In this document: positions 31,159 to 40,724 of the stretch, in pieces | Layout: every line of letters starts with the position of its first letter | How positions within the stretch are numbered: the stretch's first letter is position 1 | Source: Candidatus Eremiobacteria bacterium | GTDB lineage: Bacteria; Vulcanimicrobiota; Vulcanimicrobiia; Vulcanimicrobiales; Vulcanimicrobiaceae | Assembly (NCBI GenBank): GCA_963758295.1 | Contig: CAVWUU010000002.1 | Span: 1-64,000 of the forward strand | DNA length: 64,000 nt | Direction of reading: 5' to 3' | Position numbers and translations under genes: made by a program | Notes under the pieces: model-generated | Databases searched by the model: none | What the model saw: the letters and a program-made list of their open reading frames with translations, nothing else | What the model was told of the DNA's origin: nothing

Positions 31159-31544
31159 CCAGCCTCATTCGCCTCCGCATGAGCGCGCACGACGCGCACT
31201 ACGGCGGCAACTTGGTCGACGGCGCGCGAATGCTCGCACTTTTCGGCGACGTCGCAACGGAATTGCTCATCAAGACGGACGGCGATGAAGGGCTATTCGT
31301 CGCGTACGACAAGGTGGAATTCCTCGCGCCGGTTTTCGCAGGCGATTACATCGAAGCAACCGGCAAAATTACCAGCGTCGGCAACACGTCACGCAAGATG
31401 GAGTTCGAAGCGCGCAAAGTGATCGCCGTTCGCGCCGATATCTCCGAAAGCTCCGCCGATTTCCTCGATACTCCGGTCGTCGTTTGCCGCGCCAGCGGCA
31501 CTTGCGTTACGCCAAAGGACAAAAAGCGCCGCCCGTCACCTTGA
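31128..31544 (+). CDS. Hotdog-fold protein, 3-aminobutyryl-CoA ammonia-lyase-like
   Basis: '[32 protein letters not shown]...[37 protein letters not shown]' matches the Kal family pattern. Confidence 0.8.
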   Translation: MATSENASGVTSLIRLRMSAHDAHYGGNLVDGARMLALFGDVATELLIKTDGDEGLFVAYDKVEFLAPVFAGDYIEATGKITSVGNTSRKMEFEARKVIAVRADISESSADFLDTPVVVCRASGTCVTPKDKKRRPSP

Positions 31545-31925
31545 ACTCATCAAAGGACGATGCCACACCCCGTCTCCTGAGCTTGTCGAAGGACGGGCGC
31601 ATATCCGCAACGTTCACATGCGCCGGTGGTTCGACACGCTCACCATGACGATGCCACACCCCGTCATCCTGAGCTTGTCGAAGGACCGGCGCATATCAGC
31701 AACGTTCACATATGCGGTGGTTCGACCGGCTCACCATGACGATGCCACGCCCCGTCATCCTGAGCTTGTCGAAGGACGGGCGCATATCCGCAACGTTCAC
31801 ATGCGCCGGTGGTTCGACACGCTCACCATGACGATGCCACACCCCGTCATCCTGAGCTTGTCGAAGGACGGGCGCATATCAGCAACGTTCACATGCGCCG
31901 GTGGTTCGACAAGCTCACCATGACG
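31534..31925 (+). repeat. Tandem array of 4 x 91-92-bp REP-doublet units (BIME-like), plus a leading degenerate REP
   Basis: Unit: CGTCATCCTGAGCTTGTCGAAGGA, linker, TGGTTCGACACGCTCACCATGACG, ATGCCACACCC. Periods 91, 91, 92, 92. Confidence 0.95.
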
Positions 31926-32011
31926 ATGGCTAATCGTTGAAGCGTAAATCGGCCGGGCACGAGGGTTTTACGCTCGCGCCTACGCGCGAGGACGGTGCTT
32001 ATTCCCTGCGC

Positions 32012-32362
32012 TTACGTTCCGACCGTTATGCTGCCTGAATTCACGGGCTGTTGGCAAACGACGGCATTAGATCCGCCGTTCGAAAAGCTCCAGCAGTACT
32101 TATTGCCGGGGGTCAATCCGCCGAAAACGGTTTGCCCTTGAGAATTGGTGGTTTGCGTCGCAATGACGTTCACCGGCGTATTCGTGGAGCTGTTGTAGTC
32201 GCTGGACTCGACGACGGAAAGGCCGCCGGTTGGTGTGCCGCCGACGGTAGCGGTTACGGTAACGCTCGTAATGTTCGGTGGGCCGCTGGAACCCGAGCCG
32301 CTTCCGCCGCATGCAGCAAGCGCGAATAAACTCGAGACGATAAATGCGAGACGCAACTTCAT
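32012..32362 (-). CDS. Small lipoprotein with Ig/transthyretin-like beta-sandwich domain
   Basis: 'MKLRLAFIVSSLFALAAC' lipobox, G/S linker, 'TQTTNSQGQTVFGGLTPGNKYC'; AGGAG RBS. Confidence 0.75.
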   Translation of the reverse strand: MKLRLAFIVSSLFALAACGGSGSGSSGPPNITSVTVTATVGGTPTGGLSVVESSDYNSSTNTPVNVIATQTTNSQGQTVFGGLTPGNKYCWSFSNGGSNAVVCQQPVNSGSITVGT

Positions 32363-32500
32363 GATCGCTCCTGTCTGGAACCGTACACGGTAGCAACACC
32401 ATACGACATGCAGCCACATCGTGCATGATACGAGCGCTTGGTTAGCATTGCTGAAACGCAACCGTCTCCGCGACAGCGGGAGATGGGGTATAAGTCCGGC

Positions 32501-32827
32501 ATGGCGGACGAAATCAAACATGAAGCCGCAGAGAAGTTGGAACAAGCCCCGCGGCAAGCCAAGAGCGATGCGGTCCGCGACGAGATCGGCAGCCTTCCTC
32601 CGGCGGAAATAGCGATGCACGCACAAGCAGCAATTGCTAATCTACGATCTTCGAATCCAAACTTGGCGGCAGAGTTGGAAGACCTCATTCGCGTGGGTCA
32701 AGTCAATCCCGACGCTCTCAAACGCGCCGTCATCGGCTTCGTCGAAATACACCCGGAAACGATCGCCGAGTTCGCTCCAAAAGTAGCTAAGGGCGTTTCC
32801 GAGAGCTTGGACCGTTCGTCATGGTGA
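32501..32827 (+). CDS. Hypothetical helical protein (108 aa)
   Basis: Clean ORF with plausible composition; its stop codon lies inside the first REP of the second array. Confidence 0.65.
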   Translation: MADEIKHEAAEKLEQAPRQAKSDAVRDEIGSLPPAEIAMHAQAAIANLRSSNPNLAAELEDLIRVGQVNPDALKRAVIGFVEIHPETIAEFAPKVAKGVSESLDRSSW

Positions 32828-33392
32828 GCGTGTCGCAGCATTAGCCGTATGTAAATAGTGCTGATATGCGCCCGTCCTTCGACGAGCTCAGGATGACGGG
32901 GTGTTCATCGTCATGGTGAGCGTGTCGAACCATTGGCGTATGTGAACAGTGTTGATATGCGCCCGTCCTTCGACGAGCTCAGGATGACGGGGTGTTCATC
33001 GTCATGGTGAGCGTGTCGAACCATTGGCGTATGTAAACAGTGTTGATATGCGCCCGTCCTTCGACGAGCTCAGGATGACGGGGTGTCATCGTCATGGTGA
33101 GCGTGTCGAACCATTGGCGTATGTAAACGGTGCTGATATGCGCCCGTCCTTCGACGAGCTCAGGATGACGGGGTGTTCATCGTCATGGTGAGCGTGTCGA
33201 ACCACCGGCGTATGTGAACAGTGTTGATATGCGCCCGTCCTTCGACGAGCTCAGGATGACGGGGTGTGCCATCGTCATGGTGAGCGTGTCGAACCATTGG
33301 CGTATGTGAACAGTGTTGATATGCGCGCGTCCTTCGACAAGCTCAGGATGACGGGTGTGTTCATCGTCATGGTGAGCGTGTCGAATCACCGG
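32817..33392 (-). repeat. Tandem array of 6 full plus 1 partial 90-92-bp REP-doublet units, inverted relative to the 31.5-kb array
   Basis: CGTCATGGTGAGCGTGTCG starts at 32817, 32909, 33000, 33090, 33181, 33273 and 33365. Confidence 0.95.
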
Positions 33393-33403
33393 CGCAACTA
33401 GGT

Positions 33404-34783
33404 TTATACCAAGCGCTCGTGGGTCTTGCGCTTCCAGAAGAACTCGTAGTAGCAGAATTGGAGGATGAGGCCGCTACAGAACGCGATCGGGTACCCCATC
33501 CACACACCATCGAGACCGAAGCGGTGCATCAAGAGATACGCTGCCGGAACTTCGACGCCCCAAATCGAGAAGACGCCGATGATCGTGGGCCACAACACGG
33601 TGCCGCTGCTTCGCATGATGCCGCTCAGCACCGATGTGTTGCCGAAGACGGCGTAAGCCCACAGCGTGATCATCAGCAGCGAGTGCGCGATATTCAGCGT
33701 GTGCGTATCGGTGATGAACCAGCCGAGAATAATCCACGACGCCGCGTAACAGATGACGATGATCACGCCGCTAACGATGTAGTTCATCGTCACGGCGGTA
33801 CGGATCACCGCGCCCAAACGATCCTCGCGACGCGCACCGATGAATTGTGCTCCGAAAATCGATCCCGCAATGCCGATCGAGATTGCCGGAAATTGCACGT
33901 AACTTGCAACTTGATTGACCGCACCGTACGCTGCAGTGGCGCTGGACCCATAGCGATTGACGAAGGAAATAACGGCGATCTCTGCGAGCGACACCATGAT
34001 GACTTGCACGCCGGTCGGCACGCCGATGCGCATGACCGTCCACAGAATCTTCGGATCGAAGATCATGTCGCGCGCCATTTCCTTGTCGAATTTCAGCGGG
34101 TGGTTGCGCACCCGCAGCGTTACGAGCATGGCCAAGAGCGATCCGCCCTGCGCGATGAGCGCTGCCCATGCGGCGCTGGCAACGCCGAGGTGCGGCAAGC
34201 CAATCCAGCCTAAGATAAACGCCGGTGTGAACGCCATCGAGAGCACCGTCGCCACGATGAGAAAATAAAACGGCGTGGTGGAATCGCCGGTTCCGCGCAA
34301 AAACGTCGTGTATACGAGGTAGGGGAACAAGATCGGTGATGTCAGGAAAACGATGCGCGCGTAGTGATCCGCTTCGGGCAGAATATTTGCCGGCGTCCCA
34401 AGCGCCTGAAGCATAATCGGTGAAACGAACTCACCGATGATGCCGACGATGATGCCGAGCAATACCGTTGCGCCCAACACCGTGCCCGCAACTTTTTTCA
34501 CCCGGTGCCCGTCTCCCGCGCCATAAGCTTGCCCGATGAGCACCGTGCTGCCGCTGGCGATGCCGACCAAGAACGAAATCAACAGAAAGATGACCGGGAA
34601 AACCGACGACACGGCGGCGAGCGCATCCGTACCGATCAACCGCCCAAGGTAAATGCTGTTGAACGTCTGCGACGCCGATTGCAGAATGTTGCTCAACATC
34701 AACGGCAGTAAGAAAATCGCAAACGTCTGCCATAGCGGCTTTTGCGATTCCGTGATGTGCTGCCGGGGACGCGGTTGAGCCAT
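33404..34783 (-). CDS. MATE family efflux transporter
   Basis: 12 TM helices; 'LPLMLSNILQ', 'ALAAVS', 'LRGTGDSTTP', 'LGVASAAWA', 'IGVPTG', 'GVWMG'. Confidence 0.93.
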   Translation of the reverse strand: MAQPRPRQHITESQKPLWQTFAIFLLPLMLSNILQSASQTFNSIYLGRLIGTDALAAVSSVFPVIFLLISFLVGIASGSTVLIGQAYGAGDGHRVKKVAGTVLGATVLLGIIVGIIGEFVSPIMLQALGTPANILPEADHYARIVFLTSPILFPYLVYTTFLRGTGDSTTPFYFLIVATVLSMAFTPAFILGWIGLPHLGVASAAWAALIAQGGSLLAMLVTLRVRNHPLKFDKEMARDMIFDPKILWTVMRIGVPTGVQVIMVSLAEIAVISFVNRYGSSATAAYGAVNQVASYVQFPAISIGIAGSIFGAQFIGARREDRLGAVIRTAVTMNYIVSGVIIVICYAASWIILGWFITDTHTLNIAHSLLMITLWAYAVFGNTSVLSGIMRSSGTVLWPTIIGVFSIWGVEVPAAYLLMHRFGLDGVWMGYPIAFCSGLILQFCYYEFFWKRKTHERLV

Positions 34784-34887
34784 CCGATCTCCTTTAGAGG
34801 CGCGTCGAAGACGCACCGGGGTATTCTGCCCGCTTTTTGTTGCCGAGCGGATGCAAGCCTGGCTCGGCTTTGCTATGCTGATGCTTC

Positions 34888-35163
34888 ATGCGGCTAGACA
34901 AGTTCATGAAGGTTGCGCGTCTCTCCAAGCGGCGCACCGAAGCGCACGAAGCGCTCGAACACGGACGAATCACCAAGGACGGCAAGGCGCTAAAGCCGGC
35001 GTACCAAGTGAAGCAAGGCGACGTTCTGGAGATCCACTATGCGACGCGGTACGTAACCGTGCGCGTTCGCGAGGTGCCTTTGCGAATGACGCCCGGCGTG
35101 AAGGCCGCCGACCTGTACGAGATTCTCGAAACCCGTAAGGACGATCCATCGGAGTGGATCTGA
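34888..35163 (+). CDS. S4-domain RNA-binding protein (YabO/RqcP/Hsp15-like)
   Basis: 'MRLDKFMKVARLSKRRTEA...GRI...KPA..VK.GD'. TGCTATGCT extended -10 ends 8 nt upstream. Confidence 0.92.
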   Translation: MRLDKFMKVARLSKRRTEAHEALEHGRITKDGKALKPAYQVKQGDVLEIHYATRYVTVRVREVPLRMTPGVKAADLYEILETRKDDPSEWI

Positions 35164-35167
35164 CGCT

Positions 35168-36058
35168 GTGACCGCTTCCTCGATCTCGGGCGATACGAAA
35201 GACGCGCTTACCCGGGAGCTTCCCGGAGCGCCTCACTGCCGGGCTGCTTTGGCTGCGGGTCTGGCGCTCTACGGGCGTGATGCCGGCGGCGTTCACTTCG
35301 TCACCCACCGCAATTCGATCGCCCGCCTGTTCTGGTCGCTGCTCGAGGAGCGGAAATCGCACCCCATTCAGACTCGCGCCGTGACCCGCCTGGCGCGGCT
35401 GCCAACGTTCGCAATCGCGCTTCCCGAGCGACACCGGGCGATTCCGCCGAAGCCGCCGCATAAGTGCGACCGGGTAATGGAGATTCGTGCTGCGTTTTTG
35501 GCATCCGGCTCGCTCGCGGCCGGCACGCACGGCTACCACCTGGAATTCGTCCTGCCCTCCGTGGAGGTCGCCGACCGGCTGGTGTGGATGCTGCGGAGCA
35601 CCGGACGCACCCCCAAGCGGACGGTGCGTAAACGCCGCGAGGTGCTGTACTTCAAAGACTTCGAGGCCATCGTGGACGTCCTTACGGTCATCGGCGCCTT
35701 TGGGGCGGTCTTGCGGCTCGAGGACGTCCGGGCGCTACGCGAGACGAAAAACCGCATCCACCGCCTCGTCAACACCGAGGCCGCCAACCTGGAACGCGTG
35801 GCCTCGGCCGCCGCGGCCCAGCGGCGCATCATCGAATACCTCGCGAGCGCCTACGGTTTGCCCCAGCTATCCCCGCCGCTGCGCGAAATTGCGGAGCTGC
35901 GCATGGCGCATCCCGACGAGTCGCTTGCCGAACTTGGAGCGCGGTGCAATCCGGCTATCTCCAAGCCCACGGTTAGCAGCCGGCTTGGTTCGCTTGCCCG
36001 CTTGGCGGGCAAACTCAAGGGCGGAAAGGGCACCGGGAGCACGCCCGGTAAACGATAA
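35168..36058 (+). CDS. whiA: DNA-binding protein WhiA
   Basis: 'RAAFLASGS', 'GYHLEF', 'LYFKD', 'RLVNTEAANL', 'HPDESLAELG', 'ISKPTVSSRL'. Confidence 0.93.
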   Translation: MTASSISGDTKDALTRELPGAPHCRAALAAGLALYGRDAGGVHFVTHRNSIARLFWSLLEERKSHPIQTRAVTRLARLPTFAIALPERHRAIPPKPPHKCDRVMEIRAAFLASGSLAAGTHGYHLEFVLPSVEVADRLVWMLRSTGRTPKRTVRKRREVLYFKDFEAIVDVLTVIGAFGAVLRLEDVRALRETKNRIHRLVNTEAANLERVASAAAAQRRIIEYLASAYGLPQLSPPLREIAELRMAHPDESLAELGARCNPAISKPTVSSRLGSLARLAGKLKGGKGTGSTPGKR

Positions 36059-36091
36059 GCGTTCCACCTTCAAAACTTCACGGAGTTATGC

Positions 36092-37105
36092 ATGCGCATC
36101 GGTATCAACGGCTTTGGCCGCATTGGTAGAAATTTTGCCAAGGCGCTAATGGAGCGCCATCCCGACATTGAAATCGTCGCGGTGAACGATCTCACGAGCG
36201 CCGCGGAATGCGCGCATCTCTTCAAGTACGATAGCAACTACGGTCCCTACGACGGCGACGTCTCGGTTGAAGGCGACACGATCGCGATCGGCAAGCAGCG
36301 CATCAAAGTGCTCGCCGAACGCGACCCGGCGAAGCTTCCGTGGAAAGACCTCGGCGTGGACGTCGTCATCGAGTCGACCGGGCTCTTCACGGACGCCGCG
36401 AAGGCCCGCGCCCATATCGACGGCGGCGGTGCCAAGAAAGTCATCATCTCGGCGCCCGCCAAGGGTGAGGACGTGACGCTGGTTCTCGGCGTTAACGAAA
36501 GCGACTACGACGCCGAAAAGCACAACGTCATCTCGAACGCTTCGTGCACCACGAACTGCCTCGCAACGGCCGTGAAGCCGCTCGTCGACCATCTCGGGTG
36601 GGTCAAGGGCTTCATGACGACGATCCACTCGTACACGAACGATCAGAACATTCTCGATGCGCCGCATAAAGATATCCGCCGTGCCCGTAACGCCGCAACG
36701 AACATCGTTCCCACGAGTTCGGGGGCAGCGAAGGCACTCTACCTGACGATTCCGGAAGTCAAAGGCACGTTCGACGGCTTCGCACTGCGGGTGCCGACGC
36801 CGACCGTTTCGATGGTGTATCTCGTCGCTCAGGTCAAGAAAGAGACGACCAGGGACGAAGTCAACCAAATCCTGCGCAACGAGGCGCAGGGCGCGCTCAA
36901 AGACTACGTGCAGTTCACGGACGAAGAACTGGTTTCCAGCGACTTCAAAGGCTCACCGTACAGCTCGATCATCGATTCAAAGCTCACCCAAGTCAACGGC
37001 GACCTCGTGCAAATCTGCGCGTGGTACGACAACGAATGGGGCTATTCGTGCCGTCTCGGCGATCTCACGGCGATGATTCTGGAAAAGATTCCCGCTACGG
37101 CTTGA
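36092..37105 (+). CDS. gap: Glyceraldehyde-3-phosphate dehydrogenase
   Basis: 'GINGFGRIGR', 'SNASCTTNCLA', 'RVPTP', 'WYDNEWGYS'. Confidence 0.99.
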   Translation: MRIGINGFGRIGRNFAKALMERHPDIEIVAVNDLTSAAECAHLFKYDSNYGPYDGDVSVEGDTIAIGKQRIKVLAERDPAKLPWKDLGVDVVIESTGLFTDAAKARAHIDGGGAKKVIISAPAKGEDVTLVLGVNESDYDAEKHNVISNASCTTNCLATAVKPLVDHLGWVKGFMTTIHSYTNDQNILDAPHKDIRRARNAATNIVPTSSGAAKALYLTIPEVKGTFDGFALRVPTPTVSMVYLVAQVKKETTRDEVNQILRNEAQGALKDYVQFTDEELVSSDFKGSPYSSIIDSKLTQVNGDLVQICAWYDNEWGYSCRLGDLTAMILEKIPATA

Positions 37106-37123
37106 TCGTCGCGCATAGCAACG

Positions 37124-37196
37124 ATGCGCCTGTCTTTCGACGCGCTCAGCATGACGGGTACGCCGCCGACCTGAGCTTATCGAAGGGCAGGCGCAT
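37124..37196. repeat. Degenerate back-to-back REP pair between gap and pgk
   Basis: TCTTTCGACGCGCTCAGCATGACG (reverse REP, 37133-37156) and CGCCGACCTGAGCTTATCGAAGGG (37164-37187), flanked by ATGCGCCTG / CAGGCGCAT. Confidence 0.75.
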
Positions 37197-37227
37197 AAAA
37201 CTTCTTTACTAGGATGATCGCAAAGAC

Positions 37228-38421
37228 ATGAATTTTCGTACGCTCGAAGATCTCGACGTCGCGGGTAAGCGCGTCCTGGTTCGCGAGGACCTCAACGTTC
37301 CGATGAAGGACGGCGCGATCGCCGATTACACTCGCGTCGATGCGGCGATTCCAACGTTGCGCCGGCTGGTGGATCGCCGTGCACGCGTGATCGTGATGTC
37401 GCATCTCGGGCGTCCCGACGGCACGCCAAACGCGAAGTATTCACTGAGGCCCGTCGCAGCGGCGTTATCGGAGCGCTTGAACAAGCCGGTCGCATTCGCA
37501 GCAGATTGCATCGGTGCGACGGCGCGCAAAGCGGTTGAAAGCCTTTGCGACGGCGACGTGCTGCTGCTCGAGAACGTTCGCTTTCACGGCGAAGAAGAAC
37601 GCAACGATCCGGCCTTCGCCCGCGAATTAGCGTCGCTCGGTGATATTTACGTCAACGATGCTTTCGGAACGGCGCATCGCGCGCACGCTTCAACGGAAGG
37701 CATCGCGCATTTCCTTCCGAGCGCGGCCGGCTTTCTGATGCAAGCGGAATTGCACGCTCTAGGCGCCCTTACCGTGTCGCCGCAGAAACCGTACGTGTGC
37801 GTGATCGGCGGCGCAAAGGTCAAAGACAAGGTCGGCGTCTTCACTAACCTGATGGAACGGATCGATGCGTTTTGCATCGGAGGCGGCATGGCAAATACGT
37901 TCTTGCAAGCGCGCGGCACCGATGTCGGCCGCTCGTTGCGCGACGACGATCTTTCGCCGGCTAAAGTGATTCTCGAACTCGCGGCGACCAAGAGCGTTAC
38001 CCTTCATCTGCCGGTCGATGCGGTAGTTTCGAGCTCGTTCGATGCCGATTCTGAAGCGCACGTCGTGGGAATCGAAGACGTGGGCGACACGATGATTCTC
38101 GACATCGGTCCCGCAACGGCGCGAGCATATGCGCAAGTGATCGAAAACGCGAAAACCATTGTCTTCAATGGCCCGATGGGCGTGTACGAGAAACCCGCCT
38201 ACCAAGGCGGCACAAAGGTCGTTGGTCAAGCGATCGCGCGGGCAACTCAGAACGGCGCTACCAGCGTTGTCGGCGGCGGCGACGCCGCCGCGGCAGCGCA
38301 CATGCTTGGCTTCGCCGCAAGCATGACGCACGTTTCTACCGGCGGCGGCGCGACGCTCGAATTTCTCGAAGGCAAGACGCTCCCCGGCGTCGCTGCTCTC
38401 GAAAGCAAGGCGCATGCCTAG
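37228..38421 (+). CDS. pgk: Phosphoglycerate kinase
   Basis: 'VLVREDLNVP', 'SHLGRP', 'LLENVRF', 'DAFGTAHRAHAS', 'STGGGATLEFLEGK'. Confidence 0.99.
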   Translation: MNFRTLEDLDVAGKRVLVREDLNVPMKDGAIADYTRVDAAIPTLRRLVDRRARVIVMSHLGRPDGTPNAKYSLRPVAAALSERLNKPVAFAADCIGATARKAVESLCDGDVLLLENVRFHGEEERNDPAFARELASLGDIYVNDAFGTAHRAHASTEGIAHFLPSAAGFLMQAELHALGALTVSPQKPYVCVIGGAKVKDKVGVFTNLMERIDAFCIGGGMANTFLQARGTDVGRSLRDDDLSPAKVILELAATKSVTLHLPVDAVVSSSFDADSEAHVVGIEDVGDTMILDIGPATARAYAQVIENAKTIVFNGPMGVYEKPAYQGGTKVVGQAIARATQNGATSVVGGGDAAAAAHMLGFAASMTHVSTGGGATLEFLEGKTLPGVAALESKAHA

Positions 38422-39163
38422 AACGCTCATCGCGGGTAATTGGAAGATGCACAAGACGGCAGCTGAAACGCTGTCGTTCTTAGATGCCTTCCTTCCGTTG
38501 GCGGCAGACTTTCCCAAAGAGATCGACGTAATGATTGCGCCGCCGTTCACGGCGCTTGCCGCTGCCGGCAAACGTCTGCGCAACGAATCTCGGGTCGCGC
38601 TTGGTGCACAAACGGTTCACTGGGACAAGCAGGGCGCCTATACCGGCGAGATCAGCGCGCCGATGCTGTTGGAACACGGCGTCACCTACACGATTGTGGG
38701 CCATTCGGAACGCCGCGCGTATTTTTCGGAAACGGATCTCACCGTCAACCTAAAAGTGAAGGGCCTTCTGGGCGCCGGCATTACGCCGATCGTTGCGGTC
38801 GGCGAAACGCTTTCGGAGCGGGAAGCCGGACAGACGGACGCGCGGATCCTGTTGCAGATTAGCGAGGGACTGAAAGACCTTAGCGACGAGCAGCTTGGAA
38901 GAGTCGTCATTGCGTACGAACCCATCTGGGCGATCGGTACGGGGGAGAATTGCAAGCCTGACGAGGCCAACCGCGTGATGGGGAAGATTCGCAATACGCT
39001 CGAGGGCCTGCAAGACGTTCCGATTCTTTACGGCGGCAGCATGAAGGCGGACAATGTCGCGGCCTACATGCAAGAAGAACACATCAACGGCGGGCTCGTG
39101 GGCGGTGCATCGCTCGATGCCGCCACTTTTGCAACGCTCGTCGCAAATGCGGCCGTTCGATAA
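38414..39163 (+). CDS. tpiA: Triosephosphate isomerase
   Basis: 'AGNWKM', 'GHSERR', '[11 protein letters not shown]', 'LYGGS', 'LVGGASL'. Confidence 0.99.
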   Translation: MPRTLIAGNWKMHKTAAETLSFLDAFLPLAADFPKEIDVMIAPPFTALAAAGKRLRNESRVALGAQTVHWDKQGAYTGEISAPMLLEHGVTYTIVGHSERRAYFSETDLTVNLKVKGLLGAGITPIVAVGETLSEREAGQTDARILLQISEGLKDLSDEQLGRVVIAYEPIWAIGTGENCKPDEANRVMGKIRNTLEGLQDVPILYGGSMKADNVAAYMQEEHINGGLVGGASLDAATFATLVANAAVR

Positions 39164-39179
39164 TTCAAGGATGACAACG

Positions 39180-40724
39180 ATGTACAAACCGGTAGTTCTT
39201 GCAGTGCTCGACGGATGGGGCTGCAGCGACGAAACGCATGGCAACGCCATTGCCGCGGCAAAACCGGCGCATTGGAACGCGTTCTTCCAACGCTATCCGT
39301 GGACGAAGCTCGAAGCTTCGGGCGAAGACGTGGGCTTACCAAAAGGCATCATGGGCAACAGCGAAGTCGGCCACATGAATCTCGGCAGCGGACGCGTCGT
39401 TCCGCAAGGCGTCGTTGTGATCGACGCCGACATCGCTTCCGGTGACTTTGCGAAGAACGGGACGCTGCAACACTGCATCGAGCACGTGAAACGCACCGGC
39501 GGGACGCTCCACCTCATGGGGTTACTCTCCGACGGTCAAGTTCATAGCTCGATCGTGCATCTTTTCGCGCTGATCGACGCCGCGGTGGCCGCAGACGTTC
39601 CGTTTGCCGTGCACTGTTTCTTGGACGGGCGCGATACGCCGCCGCGGTCGGCGGCTGCGTACCTCGAACAACTCAACGAGAAACTGGACTCGGTTGGGCG
39701 ACCCGGCGCAATCGCCGGCATCTGCGGCCGTTTCTACGCCATGGACCGCGACAAGCGGTGGGAACGCACGCAGGCCGCTTACGACCTGCTCGCGCGTGGA
39801 GAAGCAAAATACCGTACGGCCGATGCGATTTCGGGATTGGACGACGCCTACGCTCGCGATGAATCCGACGAATTCGTCCTTCCAACGATCGTCGGCGAAA
39901 CGCGAGCGGTAAAGGACGGCGACTCCGTCATCTTCTTCAACTTCCGGCCCGATCGCGCGCGGCAAATCACTTCCGCGTTTGATGGCGATGCTGCCGCCGG
40001 CTTCGAAACGAAGAACTATGAAGATCTGATCTTCGCGACGATGACGAAGTATGACGAGACGTATCCGAATCCGGTCCTGTTCGGTCCACGTCCGCAGTTT
40101 GACACGTTCGGCGAAATCGTGGCAAATGCAGGGCTGAAACAGCTGCGTCTTGCGGAAACCGAAAAGTACGCGCACGTCACCTATTTTTTCAATGGCGGGC
40201 GCGAAGAACAGTTTCCGGGTGAAGATCGCAAGCTCATCGCGTCGGATCGCTCGGTGCCGACCTACGATCTTGCACCGGCGATGCGCGCCCGCGAAATTAC
40301 GGAGTACGCCGTCGAATGCATCGGCGAGCGGAAATATGACGTCATCATCATGAACTACGCGAACGCGGATATGGTCGGACACACCGGCAAGTGGGAGCCG
40401 ACGATCGAAAGCGTGCAAATTCTCGATGAGTGTCTTCAGCGGCTCGCAGATGCGGTAATCAAGGCCGGCGGCCTGCTCGCGATCACCGCCGATCATGGCA
40501 ACGCCGAAGAGAAGCTCGATCCCGAAGGCAATCCGCTTACCGCGCACACCACCAACCCCGTGCCGTTCATTCTCGTGGGCGACCGCGACGACGTTAAACT
40601 GCGCGGCGGCGGCAAATTGGGCGACGTCGCGCCGACGCTCCTCACGATCATGGGACTGCCGGTGCCTAAGGCCATGACGGGAAGAAGCCTCCTGGAATCC
40701 GCCGCCGACAGGACGCCCGCGTGA
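39180..40724 (+). CDS. gpmI: 2,3-bisphosphoglycerate-independent phosphoglycerate mutase
   Basis: 'LDGWG', 'MGNSEVGH', 'DGRDTPP', 'AETEKYAHVTYFFNGG', 'DMVGHTG', 'TADHGNAE'. Start is 39171 or 39180. Confidence 0.98.
   Translation: MYKPVVLAVLDGWGCSDETHGNAIAAAKPAHWNAFFQRYPWTKLEASGEDVGLPKGIMGNSEVGHMNLGSGRVVPQGVVVIDADIASGDFAKNGTLQHCIEHVKRTGGTLHLMGLLSDGQVHSSIVHLFALIDAAVAADVPFAVHCFLDGRDTPPRSAAAYLEQLNEKLDSVGRPGAIAGICGRFYAMDRDKRWERTQAAYDLLARGEAKYRTADAISGLDDAYARDESDEFVLPTIVGETRAVKDGDSVIFFNFRPDRARQITSAFDGDAAAGFETKNYEDLIFATMTKYDETYPNPVLFGPRPQFDTFGEIVANAGLKQLRLAETEKYAHVTYFFNGGREEQFPGEDRKLIASDRSVPTYDLAPAMRAREITEYAVECIGERKYDVIIMNYANADMVGHTGKWEPTIESVQILDECLQRLADAVIKAGGLLAITADHGNAEEKLDPEGNPLTAHTTNPVPFILVGDRDDVKLRGGGKLGDVAPTLLTIMGLPVPKAMTGRSLLESAADRTPA

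Noticed and set aside
32462..32486. Hairpin CCGTCTCCGC-GACA-GCGGGAGATGG between the divergent genes as a riboswitch or ncRNA
   Set aside because: A single stem with no recognisable aptamer motif.
31618..33389. ORFs 31618-31923 and 33183-33389 (and 21103-21447) with 'VILSLSKD' / 'RHPELVEG' peptides
   Set aside because: These are translations of the REP repeats, not credible genes.
31534..33392. CRISPR array interpretation of the regularly spaced repeats
   Set aside because: The intervening segments are near-identical rather than unique spacers. Units contain two inverted REP variants, the same element occurs singly elsewhere, and no cas genes are present.
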